A stretch of DNA of 63,981 nucleotides, counting the filler, from Octopus bimaculoides (taxonomy: Eukaryota): NCBI RefSeq assembly GCF_001194135.2. It is 5 parts of 4 records of this genome, joined end to end, with 100 filler letters (N's around TTAATTAATTAA, not from the genome) between each part and the next. Parts side by side here need not be neighbours in the genome. Positions count along the whole stretch, not along the records: positions 40,830 to 62,786 come from NC_068988.1; positions 62,887 to 63,981 come from NW_026343959.1; 3 more parts are not named here. The stretch is one strand, 5' to 3'. Both the position numbers and the translations under genes were made by a program. Below, in pieces: positions 51,625 through 63,981 of this stretch; the stretch's first letter is position 1, and each line of letters begins with the position of its first letter. Below the pieces are notes generated by a model. That model was given only the letters and a program-made list of their open reading frames with translations. It was not told the DNA's origin and ran no database searches.

Positions 51625-52048
51625 AATTCTTTCAAATTTTGGCACAAGGCCACCAGTTATATGGACGTGGGGTGGGTGTTGTCAATTATGCTGAACCCAT
51701 TACACAAGAAAGGAGGAAATTTAAAGTCGATCTCGGTGATATCTGAACCCTGAAAGTAAAGAGCCAGAAAAATGCTGCTAAACATTTTGTTCTGGAAGAG
51801 AACACTTCTACCAGCTCGAAAATCTTCGTCAAAACAGAAATATTGATTTTCAATATTTATCAGCAATTCGAGGAGTGGATAGGTCGATAACATCGACCCT
51901 AGTACTTAACTGGCACTATTTTATTCCGAAAGGAATAAAAGGCAAAGTCGACCTCGGCGAATTTGAATTCAGAACGTGAGGAGGGGAGGGACGAAGTACC
52001 GCTAAGCACTTTGCTCGGCGCAATAACTAATCTGCCAGTTCGCCGCCT
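51625..52048 (-). mobile_element. Two tandem SINE family A copies, CpG-retaining
   Basis: GGCAAAGTCGACCTCGGCGAATTTGAATTCAGAACG...TGCCAGTTCGCCGCC. Confidence 0.85.
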
Positions 52049-55000
52049 TGACGTCAGAATTAATATTTAAAGAAAAAAAATGAATTACCATTATGTTATT
52101 AGATGCAACACACTTCCAGTCTCTGTATTTTAGTCTGATTTATAGCGTGCTATTACCATGTTATAGTTATTAATGTACAAACTAGCTAAATGTAAAGACT
52201 CCCAACATAGAAGTGCATGGCTCATTTACCTGATGTAATTAATAAATATTTATGACAGGGTATTTTTTTATGGTATCATCATTTCCCTGTGCGAATTATC
52301 TTTTGCTTATTTTTTCTGCAAGGAAACAGTTTGTTTCTACGATATATTAAGCATATTTACAATTTATTATCATGCACGAGTAGACTCCCTTCTAAAGTAT
52401 ACCTAGTGACCCTATAGAGTTCAGATTCTTTAATAGAGCAAAATAGTTTAATACGTGCTACTCTAATATCCACTCTGTATCTTATTGTACCTGACACAGT
52501 ATAATCGTGGTATTTTATTCTTCTTCAACCTTACCTCATGCATAATCTCTTGTATATGCTAAAATACTCCCTTTCAGTCAATGTTGATGCATACAATGTT
52601 TTTTAAATATTGCATATTATAGTATGGAACATTTCCGTCATTCGGTTGAGATGTTCAGTCAACTAAATAAGCTGGTCCAGAATTAATATGTAAGTGACTG
52701 AGCAACAGGCACATGTAATCTTAGTATAAACCTTTAGTAGATTCTGTGTGACGCACTAAAACAGACTGAGTGACAAGACTGCATATTTTAAAGAGCTGAT
52801 ACAACCCACCATACGGTTTCTATCTACCCATTTTCATTCGCAAGATATGGGTTAACCCGGGGCTGTTGAAATTGGTATCGACTAAGATGCCATCCACTGG
52901 GATAGAACCTCAGACCTCGCGGTTACGTAGTGAAATTCTCAACCAGTTGGCGTTAATGCACATATATCATAATATATACATTGAACTAATTTGTTGGAAG
53001 TGCTGTAGGATTTTTCATCAAAATCAATTGCTAGAACACATAACTTTCTGTACAGTATAAATTTTAATACAGTATTAATGTTCTGTTTTATAATATAATT
53101 ACAGGTACGTGCTTTTAATTTAATTACAGGTAGGTACAGAAAGCAGAGGTATTCCAACAGTCACTTTGCAGTGAATATATTAAGAATATAGCATTGTTTT
53201 TGAGTTCAAATCTCGCCACACATTTTTATTCACCTCTCGTAGATCAATAGAGTCTTCATAATAGAATGAAAGCGATAACACTCTCCGATATATATCATTA
53301 TTTTCCTACAAAACCTTTCTTTCGTTATTCGATATGTTTTTGCAGTATCTGCTCTTGTTTTATATTTTATTGTCAACATGTATAGTACATATGTAGTTGA
53401 CAATTAAATTAAGATAAAATACAGCAATAAAGATAGAAATATATTTTAGAAGGGAAACATAAAAAGAAAAAAAAGGCTGATTATAGAAACAGAAAAAAAT
53501 ATTTTAAATCTATATCTAACAAACACATTTAGCAAGATGTAACTGCACTGGATATAGACAATTCGTTTTCAGTTGCCTCTGTGTTAATATTGATTTACTG
53601 GCGGTTTTTTTTTCCTTTGTAATTTGTAACCATTCATACATTAAGTCAGAAATGATTGTCCTCTAGATTCAAATTTGAAATGCTCTGAATATATTGGAAC
53701 GTGTGTAGATATATACGGTAGCCATTATTTTGTGTGAATCGACTGAGAAGCTAATATTTTCCCTAGAACTAGTAGGAAGACATATTTCGCTTATAAGTAG
53801 TATATGAGATACAAAAAAAAAGCAACACTAATACTGACTGATAAAGTTTGGTTTTGAACAGAATATTAATCAACACTTTTATATCTAGTATTCTTTGTAA
53901 TTGTTAGCCATTTAAAGGGAGAGGGTGAAGCCAAGTACGTTTATCTTAGTGCTCAGCTAATACTTATTTTACCGACCTAAAAAGGATGGAAGTCAAAGTC
54001 GACATTGGTATTGGAACTCAGTACATAAGCAATCGAAAAAAAAAAAGTCGTGAAGCAATTTTTCCAGCGTCTTCGTCTTCTATATTATACTACCGATGGA
54101 CCAGAACTCTACAATTAGGATTAGTGTTGAAAAGTTGAGTTTTCCATGTGTCGTTTGATACATTTACTGCCTGTTGATAGAATCCAATTTGCCAACTATA
54201 GCACTATTACTTATCGGTTTAACAACGAACTTATCACTGATTCAGCATAATGCCGCTGTTATGTGCAACAAAGAATTGGATGTGCAATACTTTAAAATAA
54301 GTTCTACAAGGTTTTGCTTAAACTACATTAACGAGGATTAGAAAGGAACGAGGCAGACTTTAAATTTTCAGTCGTTTGTGTCGTTAATTTACTACTATGT
54401 TAATTGCTTTTCATTTATTCATTCATAGTTTTATTGATTGAAGGAATGGGTGGACTAGCTTACAAAAGTTTGAAAGTTAGTTTATAATCACATGCGTTGC
54501 GTATATCCTACGTGTTGTGCTTACATGTAGCCGAGCATTTAAATGCAAACGCCTACTGGATACATTTGAAACCGCAGCCATATCAGATGAAACAAGGTGA
54601 ATTAATTCTACTTTTTTCTAATTGGAATTGCTCAGGATTTGTTTAGTCATGATGTTGACAGGGACCATTAAATTGGAATTTAACGGACCCCGTCGCAATC
54701 ACAACAGAGTAAAATATTGCTTACTTTTGATATTCCTTATAACCCCACAGATTTTGTTATTATAATTGGATTGTGATATTCCTCATCCACTTTCGAAGTG
54801 AAATTACTACCCTAGTAAATTAAAAAGTTTTTAAAAGCGAATTGAATTGAGATGGCAAGGAACCGAATGACCGAGCAAGAACATTGCTCTCTTTTGATAT
54901 TATGCTTAAAACTACTTGATTTTGTAATAATAAATGAACTCCTATAAACGTCTTCGTCCTCCCCGGAAATGAAATTAAGACCGACGTGAAATAAATCGAA

Positions 55001-55600
55001 ATAATATCGAAGCGAACCGAACATTCTTATTTAAGGCATGGACGTATTTGTTCCAGTGATTAATAATGTTCAAATCATAAAGATCAATAGTGTCAGTGAG
55101 TATCTTTCGGTAGCGTAAAACGTATGAGTGAGAAATTGTCCTTTAGAAAATAAGCTAGGATAATGTATATAACTCTGGTCCCGAGAGGAATTAAACACGA
55201 AATTGCAAGCCAATAAAGAACGTCATTAATGTAAATATTGTTTATAGATATCTTTCTATAAATGTGTTTATATGTGGAAAATAGCAACGTGTCTATATAG
55301 GTGTGTAACAATATAGCCCTCACACACGTACACATATTTTTAACGCTTATAGTATTCTTTTATTCTTTTACGTGCTTCAGTCAAGTTACTGCGGCCTTGC
55401 TAGAGCACCGCCTTAAAGGTATTTTTAGTCGAAGAAATCGGCCCCAGGACTTATTCTTTGTATGTGTAGCACTGGTTTTATCGGTCTCTTTTTGCCGAAC
55501 TGCTATATAACGAGGACGGAAACGCACTAATATCGGTTGTCAAGCAACATGGTGGTGGTAGACACATGCACAAACGCACACACACACAAGCATCCCCCCC

Positions 55601-55669
<69 letters not shown>

Positions 55670-57837
55670 GAATATGTGAGTGTTTGTGCGTGCATTAAAA
55701 CGTCTACGTATTGTGTACATATTTCTGTGTGTGCTCTACTTTACACACTCTGTTTTCAATTTACTTATAATTCTGTAAACTTGTGCGTACGTTATCTGTA
55801 CGTTCAGAATTGTGTTGTGTTAGTGTGCAACTTTTGTAGATCATCTTTCTTTCAACAATTGTCAGCTGCAGTATTACAGAATTATTGATTATTTTTACAA
55901 CACCTTCAAATTGGTGAAGTTATATATATTGCTTCAGTTAGTTTCCATACTAAAAGAAATCGAAGAGTGTGTTGTTAGTGTCGACTAACCTAGATTATTG
56001 GCTGCAATGAAGATGCATTTTACTATGTTCTCTTCGTTTTTGAATCGCTATATCAATTATTTTAACCTCTTCTTGAAAAGACGCTGTCGCTACATCTCGT
56101 TATGAGTTCACTTTAGCCTTTTATTTCAATACTATGCAAAAAGAAACCCATGTTTACATACAGCACTTATAACAAGTCCTTCATGCAATGATAAATGGTA
56201 ACATCGAATGAGTTCCCTAAAAAAATGTTTTCACATAACAATGTTATATTCTGAGAACTTGTTACCAAAATACAAAGGATGTGAATTTAATTCAAATTTG
56301 GAGGTGGTGGTGAGGGTGGGGTGATTATTGCCCAATCCCAGACGACTCCGATGGAAAGAAAAATAAGTATGCGGCACCAGTCTTGTCTCTCTGTCATTGT
56401 CCTGCGAAATGATTTTAATTACCTTTGTAAGATGTTAGTATGTATTTTCAATGAGAATTGCTTGCTATTTTTGATACTTAGTGGATTTATATCTAGCCCA
56501 ATTGATGAAAGTTTTATATATCTGATATATATTACTTATTTTGGAATTCATTGAAATTCTCGTAATACATGTCCCAGTTTTGCCAAGGATAAAAATTAGC
56601 AAGGTACTAAAAACTATATTTCAGCATTTGAAAATTAATATATAATTCAAGTGTTGCGAAATAATATTCAGTTTACTAATTGGAACAAATATCCTATTTT
56701 AGAATATATGTCGTAATTTTTGTGATTCGTCCACGTAATATAAAAGCTATATTTCGTCAAACAACGAGTGCAGAAACATTCAGCATAAAATTTAATAATA
56801 TATTACTAAAATAAATACAATAAAAAGAGCAATAATTGAATGATATATAATTTAGAATATTCGTTTACCTAAGTACTAAGGCGTGTTTTTAAAATTAAGA
56901 ATATAATTCATTGCAGGTAATTTAATATGATTAGCAAAATATTCTTACTAACAGAATTAAACGTCAAGACAGTACAGAACGATTTTTACTTAGTGCCAAG
57001 GGAGAACAAAATTAAAGACTACAAGCCTTAAATGTGTGTTTTAGTTCAGTTAATATATTTCTCTTAAGCACTTATCTAGGAGAATCTATCTGCATAATGT
57101 GCTTGTGTGTCTGTGTACATTATATGTATTCACAATTTTAATCATTTTTTTTTAACTGTGCTATCTTCAGAATCAAAAGAACATTTAGTTAATTTTTTAA
57201 CGTTCCAAGTTACCAAATTCGAACAAAACAACCAAACAAACAGCGTTTCCGAGGTAGCTTGGCTTGCTAGCTATAATAGTAATTTCTTCTTTAATTAACT
57301 CAGTACTGTCTTGAAAATGTTGACACCCAAACCTGTACTGGAGGAAGTAGTGACAAAAACCCCAATGCCGGATTAAACGACGTGCTGGTTGAGTTTGTAG
57401 ATATTACATTCTAGAATTACTTTTTCTAGACAGACTTAGGTAAACATCACCTACTCAACTGCTACCACCACGACCACCACCACCAACAAAATCCGCACCC
57501 TGCCATTCATATTCTATATTGCACCGAGAAATTCCTCCCAGTCGAATGACTACATCATTCAGTACTCTGTTTTATTCAAAGGCGTATACGTTCAAGAGAT
57601 CTATCATCATGCTTCAATCTCAAAATACCTTAGGTGAACTTAAAATTTTTGACTTTTCGACGAGGAGTCCTGCCTATTCGCAATACACTTGCTTACAAAT
57701 TGCAGGGTAATCTTTGCCACCCTAAATTTAAATATCCCTTAAATGAAACACTATATTTTTTTGTCTATGAGAGGAATTTTGTCAGAACTGGTGTTTTTAA
57801 TTCTTCATAGTAAGATTTGAGAAATATTTGTATACAG

Positions 57838-58540
57838 GCATAGGCGTAGCTGTGTGTTGAGAATTTTGCTTCCGAACAATATGGCTCCAGGTTCAATCTC
57901 ACTGGGTGGCATGTTGAGCAAGTGTCTTCTGCTATAGGAGTGTTTCCGAAAGTGGGAAAGTTCCAAGGGGGTGTCGAAGAAAAATGAGGAGATAATGCGG
58001 GAGCAATTCATGTAAAAGCAACAAAATAATGGCTTCATTAGATTAAGATTTTTACGTGAAATACAGTTACTTTGAATTTGCTTCAGAAAGAGCTCTATGC
58101 TTGTGATGATTAATTGAGGTGAGACGCTAGCACTGTGGCCTGGGGGTCAAGGGGACGGCAGCCTGAAAAATTTGGGAACCATTGTACTATAACGTTGGGT
58201 CAATCACAGCTTTGTGAGTCGATTTGGTAGACGGAAACTGAATGAAGCCCATCCTATCTATCTATCTATCTATCTATCTATATCTGTATGTATATTTGTA
58301 TATATCTATGTGTGTGTGTTTTTGTGTCTGTGTTTATCCCTACTACCGCTTGACAACGGGTTTTGGTGTATTTAAGACTCCCGTAACTTAGCTGTTCGAC
58401 AAAAGATTACGATAGAATAAGTACTAGGCTTAAGATGTAAGTCCTATGGTCGATTTGTTCGACCATAACTCCTTAAGGCGGTACTACAGCGTGGCTGCAG
58501 TCAAGTGACTGAAACAAATAATCGATAAAAGATACATGAT
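57838..58540 (+). mobile_element. SINE family B, full length, split by a hAT MITE
   Basis: Head at 57838-57937; body and tail resume at 58185. Confidence 0.82.
57938..58184. mobile_element. hAT MITE nested in a SINE
   Basis: GAGTGTTTCCGAAAGT...TTTGGGAACCATTG; imperfect 8-bp TSD TGCTATAG/TACTATAA; the host SINE resumes on the other side. Confidence 0.78.
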
Positions 58541-59760
58541 TCAATTTTTTTCCCTGTTGTAGAAATATCTGGTCTACGAATTTGATTCACCTAAATTATT
58601 TCTGTCATGACAACGGGCATAATTTTTTGACATTCGTTATATTTCTAGGACAAAATAATTTTTAATGGTCTAACCAAAAGTAACAACCAAGACATAAACA
58701 TATATTTACTCGCAGTAACCAGGCAGGATGAAGAGTCAAACAACCATTGAAATGTGTAAATATTATGGTAACGGCATTTCATAGATCAAATATTGATGTT
58801 TCAATGTGAAATGAAAGGTTAAATTATTTTGGAGACTTCAGATTTGTCGATATTTTGTGTAATGTACAGTGAAGCATGGGAAGTAAAGACAAATAATTGA
58901 TACCTTATTGATATGGGAAACGCTGGGAAATTACATAACTCAATGCAAATCTTTATCGATGATAGCGAGAGGTGTACAACCACGTATATTCACACATACA
59001 CACACATCTACATAGACTGCCCACAAAATGACGGACGTACGTTTGCGCGCATATAGAGAACACACACACACACACACGAACACACATACAACTTGCAAAC
59101 ACATCTATTTATCTGACTGCGTGTTAGCTTATCTGACAGACTGCCCGTTACTTTCTCCCTCCCTCTTATTCTGTCTGCCTCTCTCTCTCTCTCTCTCTTT
59201 CTCTCTGTCTCTCTCTCCCTCTCTCTGCTTTCTGTCTTGTCTACCTGTATACATGTTTATCTGTCTGAGTATTTTCCTTCCTGCTTTATCTGCCTGCATG
59301 CTTTTCATCGCTTTCTTTTAACCAAAAATGCCACCATTCTGGACGGAGTTACTTTCCTTTCCTTAAAACGTTGAGGCTAGAATTAGTTTCTTTACACACC
59401 AAACGACCCTTCGGCTGCTTTTTATTCTTTTATTATTTTACTTCTTTCAATCATTTGAGTTCAGCCATGCTAGAGCACCGCCTTGAAGGCTTTTAGTTGA
59501 AGAAATCGACCCCAGGACTTTTTTTTTTGTAAGCCTAGTACTTATTTTATTGGTTTCTTTTGCTAATAAGTTACAGGGAGCTAAACACACATGCGGATGG
59601 GAGGGGGAAAACCCTGACACACACACAAATATGTATTTATATATAGTTCACATTTATAGAAGATTTCCAAGATATAGCCGCCCCACGGCAATCATCACAG
59701 ATCCTCTTCCAAGTTTAACAGTTGGAAGAAGGCAGCCTGGGTGAAATGCTNNNNNNNNNN

Positions 59761-60350
59761 AAATAACATTCTTTCATTGCTCTTGGGACCAATTTTGTAG
59801 GTTTTTTACTCTACTCTAAACGCTTTGCAAGTAGTGATCTTATGATTGCCCTCCTCTCCCCCGTGAAGTCCGGCTTTGTGCAGCCCCCCATGAAATCCGG
59901 CTTTGAGCAGCCCACCCCTGCGAACGTTTTAGTGGAAACTTGGTTCTCCAGGTGGTCATTAAGCTCTGCAGTAATTTTGAGAGCTGTACTTTTGTGATTC
60001 TTTCTAACAATTCGCGTAAGAGTCCGATGGTCTCTATCTGAAAGTGTTGACCTTCTTCCGGAGTTTTGTTTCGACGAAGAGGTTTTCCTCTCTTTTTCAA
60101 AGGCTCTTATTACTTTCGAGATAATACTCCTTGATTCACCAAACATTTCGGCTGTTGGTTACGCTAGCGCCTGTCATACATACGTGCACCAACAATCTGA
60201 TCTCTTTGAAAGTCCGATAGATCTGCCAGTTTAATGAATTTTAATTACCTTTTTCTGATGATATCTGAAAAGAAACAGCAATTTTAGCAAAACATATTAA
60301 GCAACACTAATAATAAATCAAAAAATCATAAAAATAAACAAACTTTTGAC
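59761..60350 (-). mobile_element. Tc1-like transposon, N-terminal (HTH) transposase remnant
   Basis: MFGESRSIISKVIRAFEKERKTSSSKQNSGRRSTLSDRDHRTLTRIVRKNHKSTALKITAELNDHLENQVSTKT, then ...WSQEQ*KNVI before an N gap. Confidence 0.88.
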
Positions 60351-60559
60351 GGTTTTATAGATATATGATGCTATGATGCTAGGTGCTTCCATTATTTTGC
60401 ACGTTTTTCTAGTCTGCCGTGTCGTCTGCTAATGAAAACTATGTAATTGTCAAATATAGTTGTATCAGGATAGATTTCCTTGAAAAGAGTTATAGCAAAT
60501 ACGTAAATTTGAAAAACTGGTGTTTGCAGATGTAATCATTTCTGATGCCCAAAATCACC

Positions 60560-60800
60560 AACTTGATAGGAAGTGTTGATTAAATGGGAACAAACTCGAC
60601 TGGAACTATTTTATCAACAACGGAAATATGAAAGACCTCGGTGAATTTTGAACCAAAAACGTGAAGAGCCGGACGTACTCTGCAAAGCACGTTTTTGCGA
60701 TGTTCTACAGATTCACTACTTCCAACGACTTACCTACCGAAAATATTTTCCTTTGGAAGGGAATAGACAAAGTAAAACAATCAAATGTAACAGGCGGGTG
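60560..60800 (-). mobile_element. SINE family A, diverged
   Basis: GACCTCGGTGAATTTTGAACCAAAAACGTGAAGAGCCGGACG. Confidence 0.65.
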
Positions 60801-60927
60801 AGTTTGCGCCAGTGGTTACAAGTTTTACATTGAGTGTTCAACATTAAACAAATAACCACACGGCTAAGCCCACCCTCTGGACATTTTATTCCTCTCTAAC
60901 ATCTTCCAGACTTGTATCATCCGCCTG
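60791..60927. mobile_element. Small mariner-type MITE
   Basis: CAGGCGGGTGA ... TCATCCGCCTG|TA, 11-12 bp TIR with one mismatch. Confidence 0.6.
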
Positions 60928-61801
60928 TAAAGTAGAAAGCGCTAAACACATACTCACATAATGAAAATAACCTCCTAAGCATCCTCTAATGAAAATATAT
61001 CAGTTTTGCCTCTTTGAACCATAAGAAACCACAAAAATGATACTCATACCAAGAACATATCATTACATCACATTCTTAGTGAATATGATCAGCATTCAGC
61101 TAGAATATTCAAAATCGCTACAAGTGTTTCATCTTAATATTAAAGGGGAGCTGTTTATGTAGGACCACAAGGTTGTGAGTAAGTAAAAACGCATTCCATC
61201 GACTGGCTTGTTTTTCCAAGGTCCTCAACAATTATTATTAGTTGTTCTCAATAATTATTGATGATGGACAAAATTCAGGTGGGGCTCACAACAGGGCATA
61301 ACTCTCACACCAGTTATGGTGCTTCTCCTACACAAAACCTGTTAAGCCACCCAGAAAAGTGTGATCCGATTGGTTGGCTTAAAATAACATGTAAACGTAC
61401 ACAAACCTCTACCTTTTCTGATAGCAGTCTCCGCTCTCTGCATTTCTAACGCTTCGATAATTATCTCTGGTCTAAGGCCTGTTTCATTAAGGCATTCTCA
61501 GTCGACTATACTCTCCTCATCTTGTCCTCGTCGTCTTCATCTCCCAGGCCTCGCGAAGCTCGCTACGCCTAAATCTCCGTTTCCAATCGTCAAACCATGT
61601 CATATTTTCCGTAGACATGTCTTATAAATATATGAAAAGGACAATAGTGGCATGAATCTTACTCGTCTCACTACTCGGGTCATGGCTTCTATTCTTTCTT
61701 GTATGTGTGTACGTGTATACTCTCACATACACACACGCATTCTTGGAAGAAACAAAAGGAGTCATATCCAAGGATTTGTTAAGTCTTCAATGAAAGAATG
61801 T

Positions 61802-61875
<74 letters not shown>

Positions 61876-61974
61876 TTTCCTCACACACATATACACACAC
61901 ACACATATACTTATATACACTCACAAACACAAGCCCACTCATTCTACTTATGTTTGTCTAATAGTTGAGAGAAT

Positions 61975-62163
61975 CCCAGAGATTTCGGAGGACACGCTAG
62001 GTCGATTTCTTCGAGCCCAGTGCTAAACTGCTACTCATGTTATTGACTCCGAAAGGATGAAAGACAAATTCGATGTCGGAGGAATTTGAGGACAGAGCGT
62101 AGAACGGACAAATACCGCTAAGCATTTTCACTGGCGTGCAAGCCTTTCTGCCAGCTCGTCGAC
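61975..62163 (-). mobile_element. SINE family A
   Basis: GAAAGGATGAAAGACAAATTCGA..GGAATTTGA..TGCCAGCTCGTCG. Confidence 0.78.
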
Positions 62164-62716
62164 TTATCCCATGTCTATTAAATCTAAGAACACCTTTGCA
62201 ATATCTTTGTTAGTTGCTGCCCATATCAATTGGAGTATATGTTGCAGGTGTAAAATGGTTCACCAAATAATCCGGTATCATTAATTGAATTTGATTATGT
62301 ACACATGAAACTCAGTATATAGCAAGCTACAATTTTAAATCATGAACTCCTAGGTGAACTATAAAATTTTTCTCAGTTTTCGTTTCTTTAAAGCAGTAAT
62401 TACCTAATAACTACATCTAGCATTTGTTAAGCTTGTCGCTCAACGGGGTATTGTTCCCTAAAAGACAAGTGTTAGATGTATGCATGGGATATTTAAAATT
62501 AGGGTGGCGAAGATTAGCATGCAATTTGTAAGCAAGTGTATTGCAAATAGGAAGGACTCCTCGTTGAAAATATGTATGTATACAAATTTGTGTGTGTTTG
62601 TTCTGATTTTGTTAAAGCTTATGAATATGTACGTATGTAATTATTTATCTATCTATCTATCTATTACCTATCTACCTTTATGTCTCTACCTATGTATATA
62701 TAAGTATCTACCTATG

Positions 62717-62786
<70 letters not shown>

Positions 62787-63599
62787 NNNNNNNNNNNNNN
62801 NNNNNNNNNNNNNNNNNNNNNNNNNNNNNNTTAATTAATTAANNNNNNNNNNNNNNNNNNNNNNNNNNNNNNNNNNNNNNNNNNNNTGTGTGTGCACTTA
62901 CATTTGTGTGTATGTGTGTGCCTGTGCATGCATTTGTGTATACATGTGTGTCTTAGTGTGTGTGGAAGTGTATGCATGCATGTGTGTGTGAGTGTGCATG
63001 TGCATGTGTGTGCGCTCATATTATGCGACCATTCTCTGCCATAGAAATTCCTGACATTTAGATTCCTGACTTTCTTAAGAACACAGAAAGCAAAAGCCTA
63101 GCTGCATCAGAGGTACCTAACTGTAATTCTAGGACACTTATATCTCCTCACAGTCTTTCTGAGACAAACCACCTCCACTCTATGCTAGCTCAGCTCAAAC
63201 ACAGACATGATGATGGAATAAGTTACCAAATCTTCTGGGAAAATAAGTTGAGACAGATTGGTGTTCAATCCAAAATACCATCTACCTGGGTGATCTGCTT
63301 CATGCTAGGAAAATGTAATTTAGCAATTTAGCACAGTAAAAATCTCTATTACTAAAGTATGTTAGGTCCTACTCTTTCATAGAAGAGAACAGTACCTCCT
63401 AAAGAAATATTAGGATAAAAAGTCTTTAAAGCATCAAAAACAAACACCTTTCATGTTACTGCTACTACAAATGCATCTAGCTTGCATCTATCACAGTGTT
63501 TTAGCAAAGAGTAAGATGCATTAGATGTAAAATCTCCAGTTAGACACTCACTGCGTTTGTGTAAACATGTCCAAGATGTCTCAGTGTGGAAAAAGAAAC

Positions 63600-63655
63600 G
63601 TATAAAATGATGACGATGACGGTGGTGGTAGTGGTGGTGGTGGTGGTGGTGGTGC

Positions 63656-63690
<35 letters not shown>

Positions 63691-63981
63691 GAGACAGTGG
63701 GGATGGAGTTGGTGATGGTGATGGTAGAGTTGATGGTGATTGTGGTGTTGGCCGTGGTGTTGGTGGTTGTGATGGTGGTGATGGTGGTAGATGGTAGTGG
63801 CTGCAGCTATAGAAGTAGTAGTTGTCACACTGATAATGGTGATGATTATGATGATGATGGCGACGACGACAGCGATGATGGTGGCGGTGGCGGTGGCGGT
63901 GGCGGCAGTGGTGGTGGTGGTGGTGAAGATGATGATGATGTCAATGATGTTGAGGATGGTGGTGATGATGATTATGATGAT
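63600..63981. repeat. Compound trinucleotide array (GAT/GGT/GCT/GTT/GGC); similar at 23300-23400, 28270-28460, 32240-32570
   Basis: Direct. Confidence 0.9.

Noticed and set aside
60253-60280. CTGATGATATCTGAAA
   Set aside because: Too short for stem II; lies within the Tc1 5' region
63451-63828. 125-aa His/Gln-rich ORF
   Set aside because: Compound trinucleotide array whose phase shifts within the frame; similar arrays are common in the window

Overview
AT-rich, microsatellite-saturated eukaryotic genomic DNA from a gapped draft assembly. It has many N gaps, four of them 100-bp joins carrying a TTAATTAATTAA spacer. The repeat landscape (several tRNA-derived SINE families, (TA)n/(CA)n/(AAT)n arrays) looks like a coleoid cephalopod, probably Octopus; this is inference from pattern, not a search result. 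Almost all ORFs in the supplied track are translated microsatellites or N runs. Well supported content is transposon debris: a decayed Gypsy LTR retrotransposon (LTR, PBS, gag, PR, RT, RNase H; 17.4-20.4 kb) with nested insertions, about six R4/Dong-type RLE LINE 3' fragments mostly sitting in (TAA)n arrays, an RTE LINE 3' end, two Tc1 transposase remnants, Tc1/mariner and hAT MITEs, a Helitron/HINE-like piece, Penelope-like remnants and dozens of SINEs. No host gene could be named. Several splice-bounded, phase-compatible candidate exons exist on both strands and are low-to-moderate confidence. The most interesting unexplained signal is a set of at least six hammerhead-ribozyme-like motifs from four sequence families, some with palindromic stem III loops as in Penelope-type minimal hammerheads, including one head-to-head palindromic pair. 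Other signals are the tail-to-tail pairing of R4/Dong LINEs with one SINE family and a sharp CpG-retention shift between the left and right halves. I cannot firmly support a wholly new biological system from this sequence alone. Coordinates of decayed repeats are approximate.
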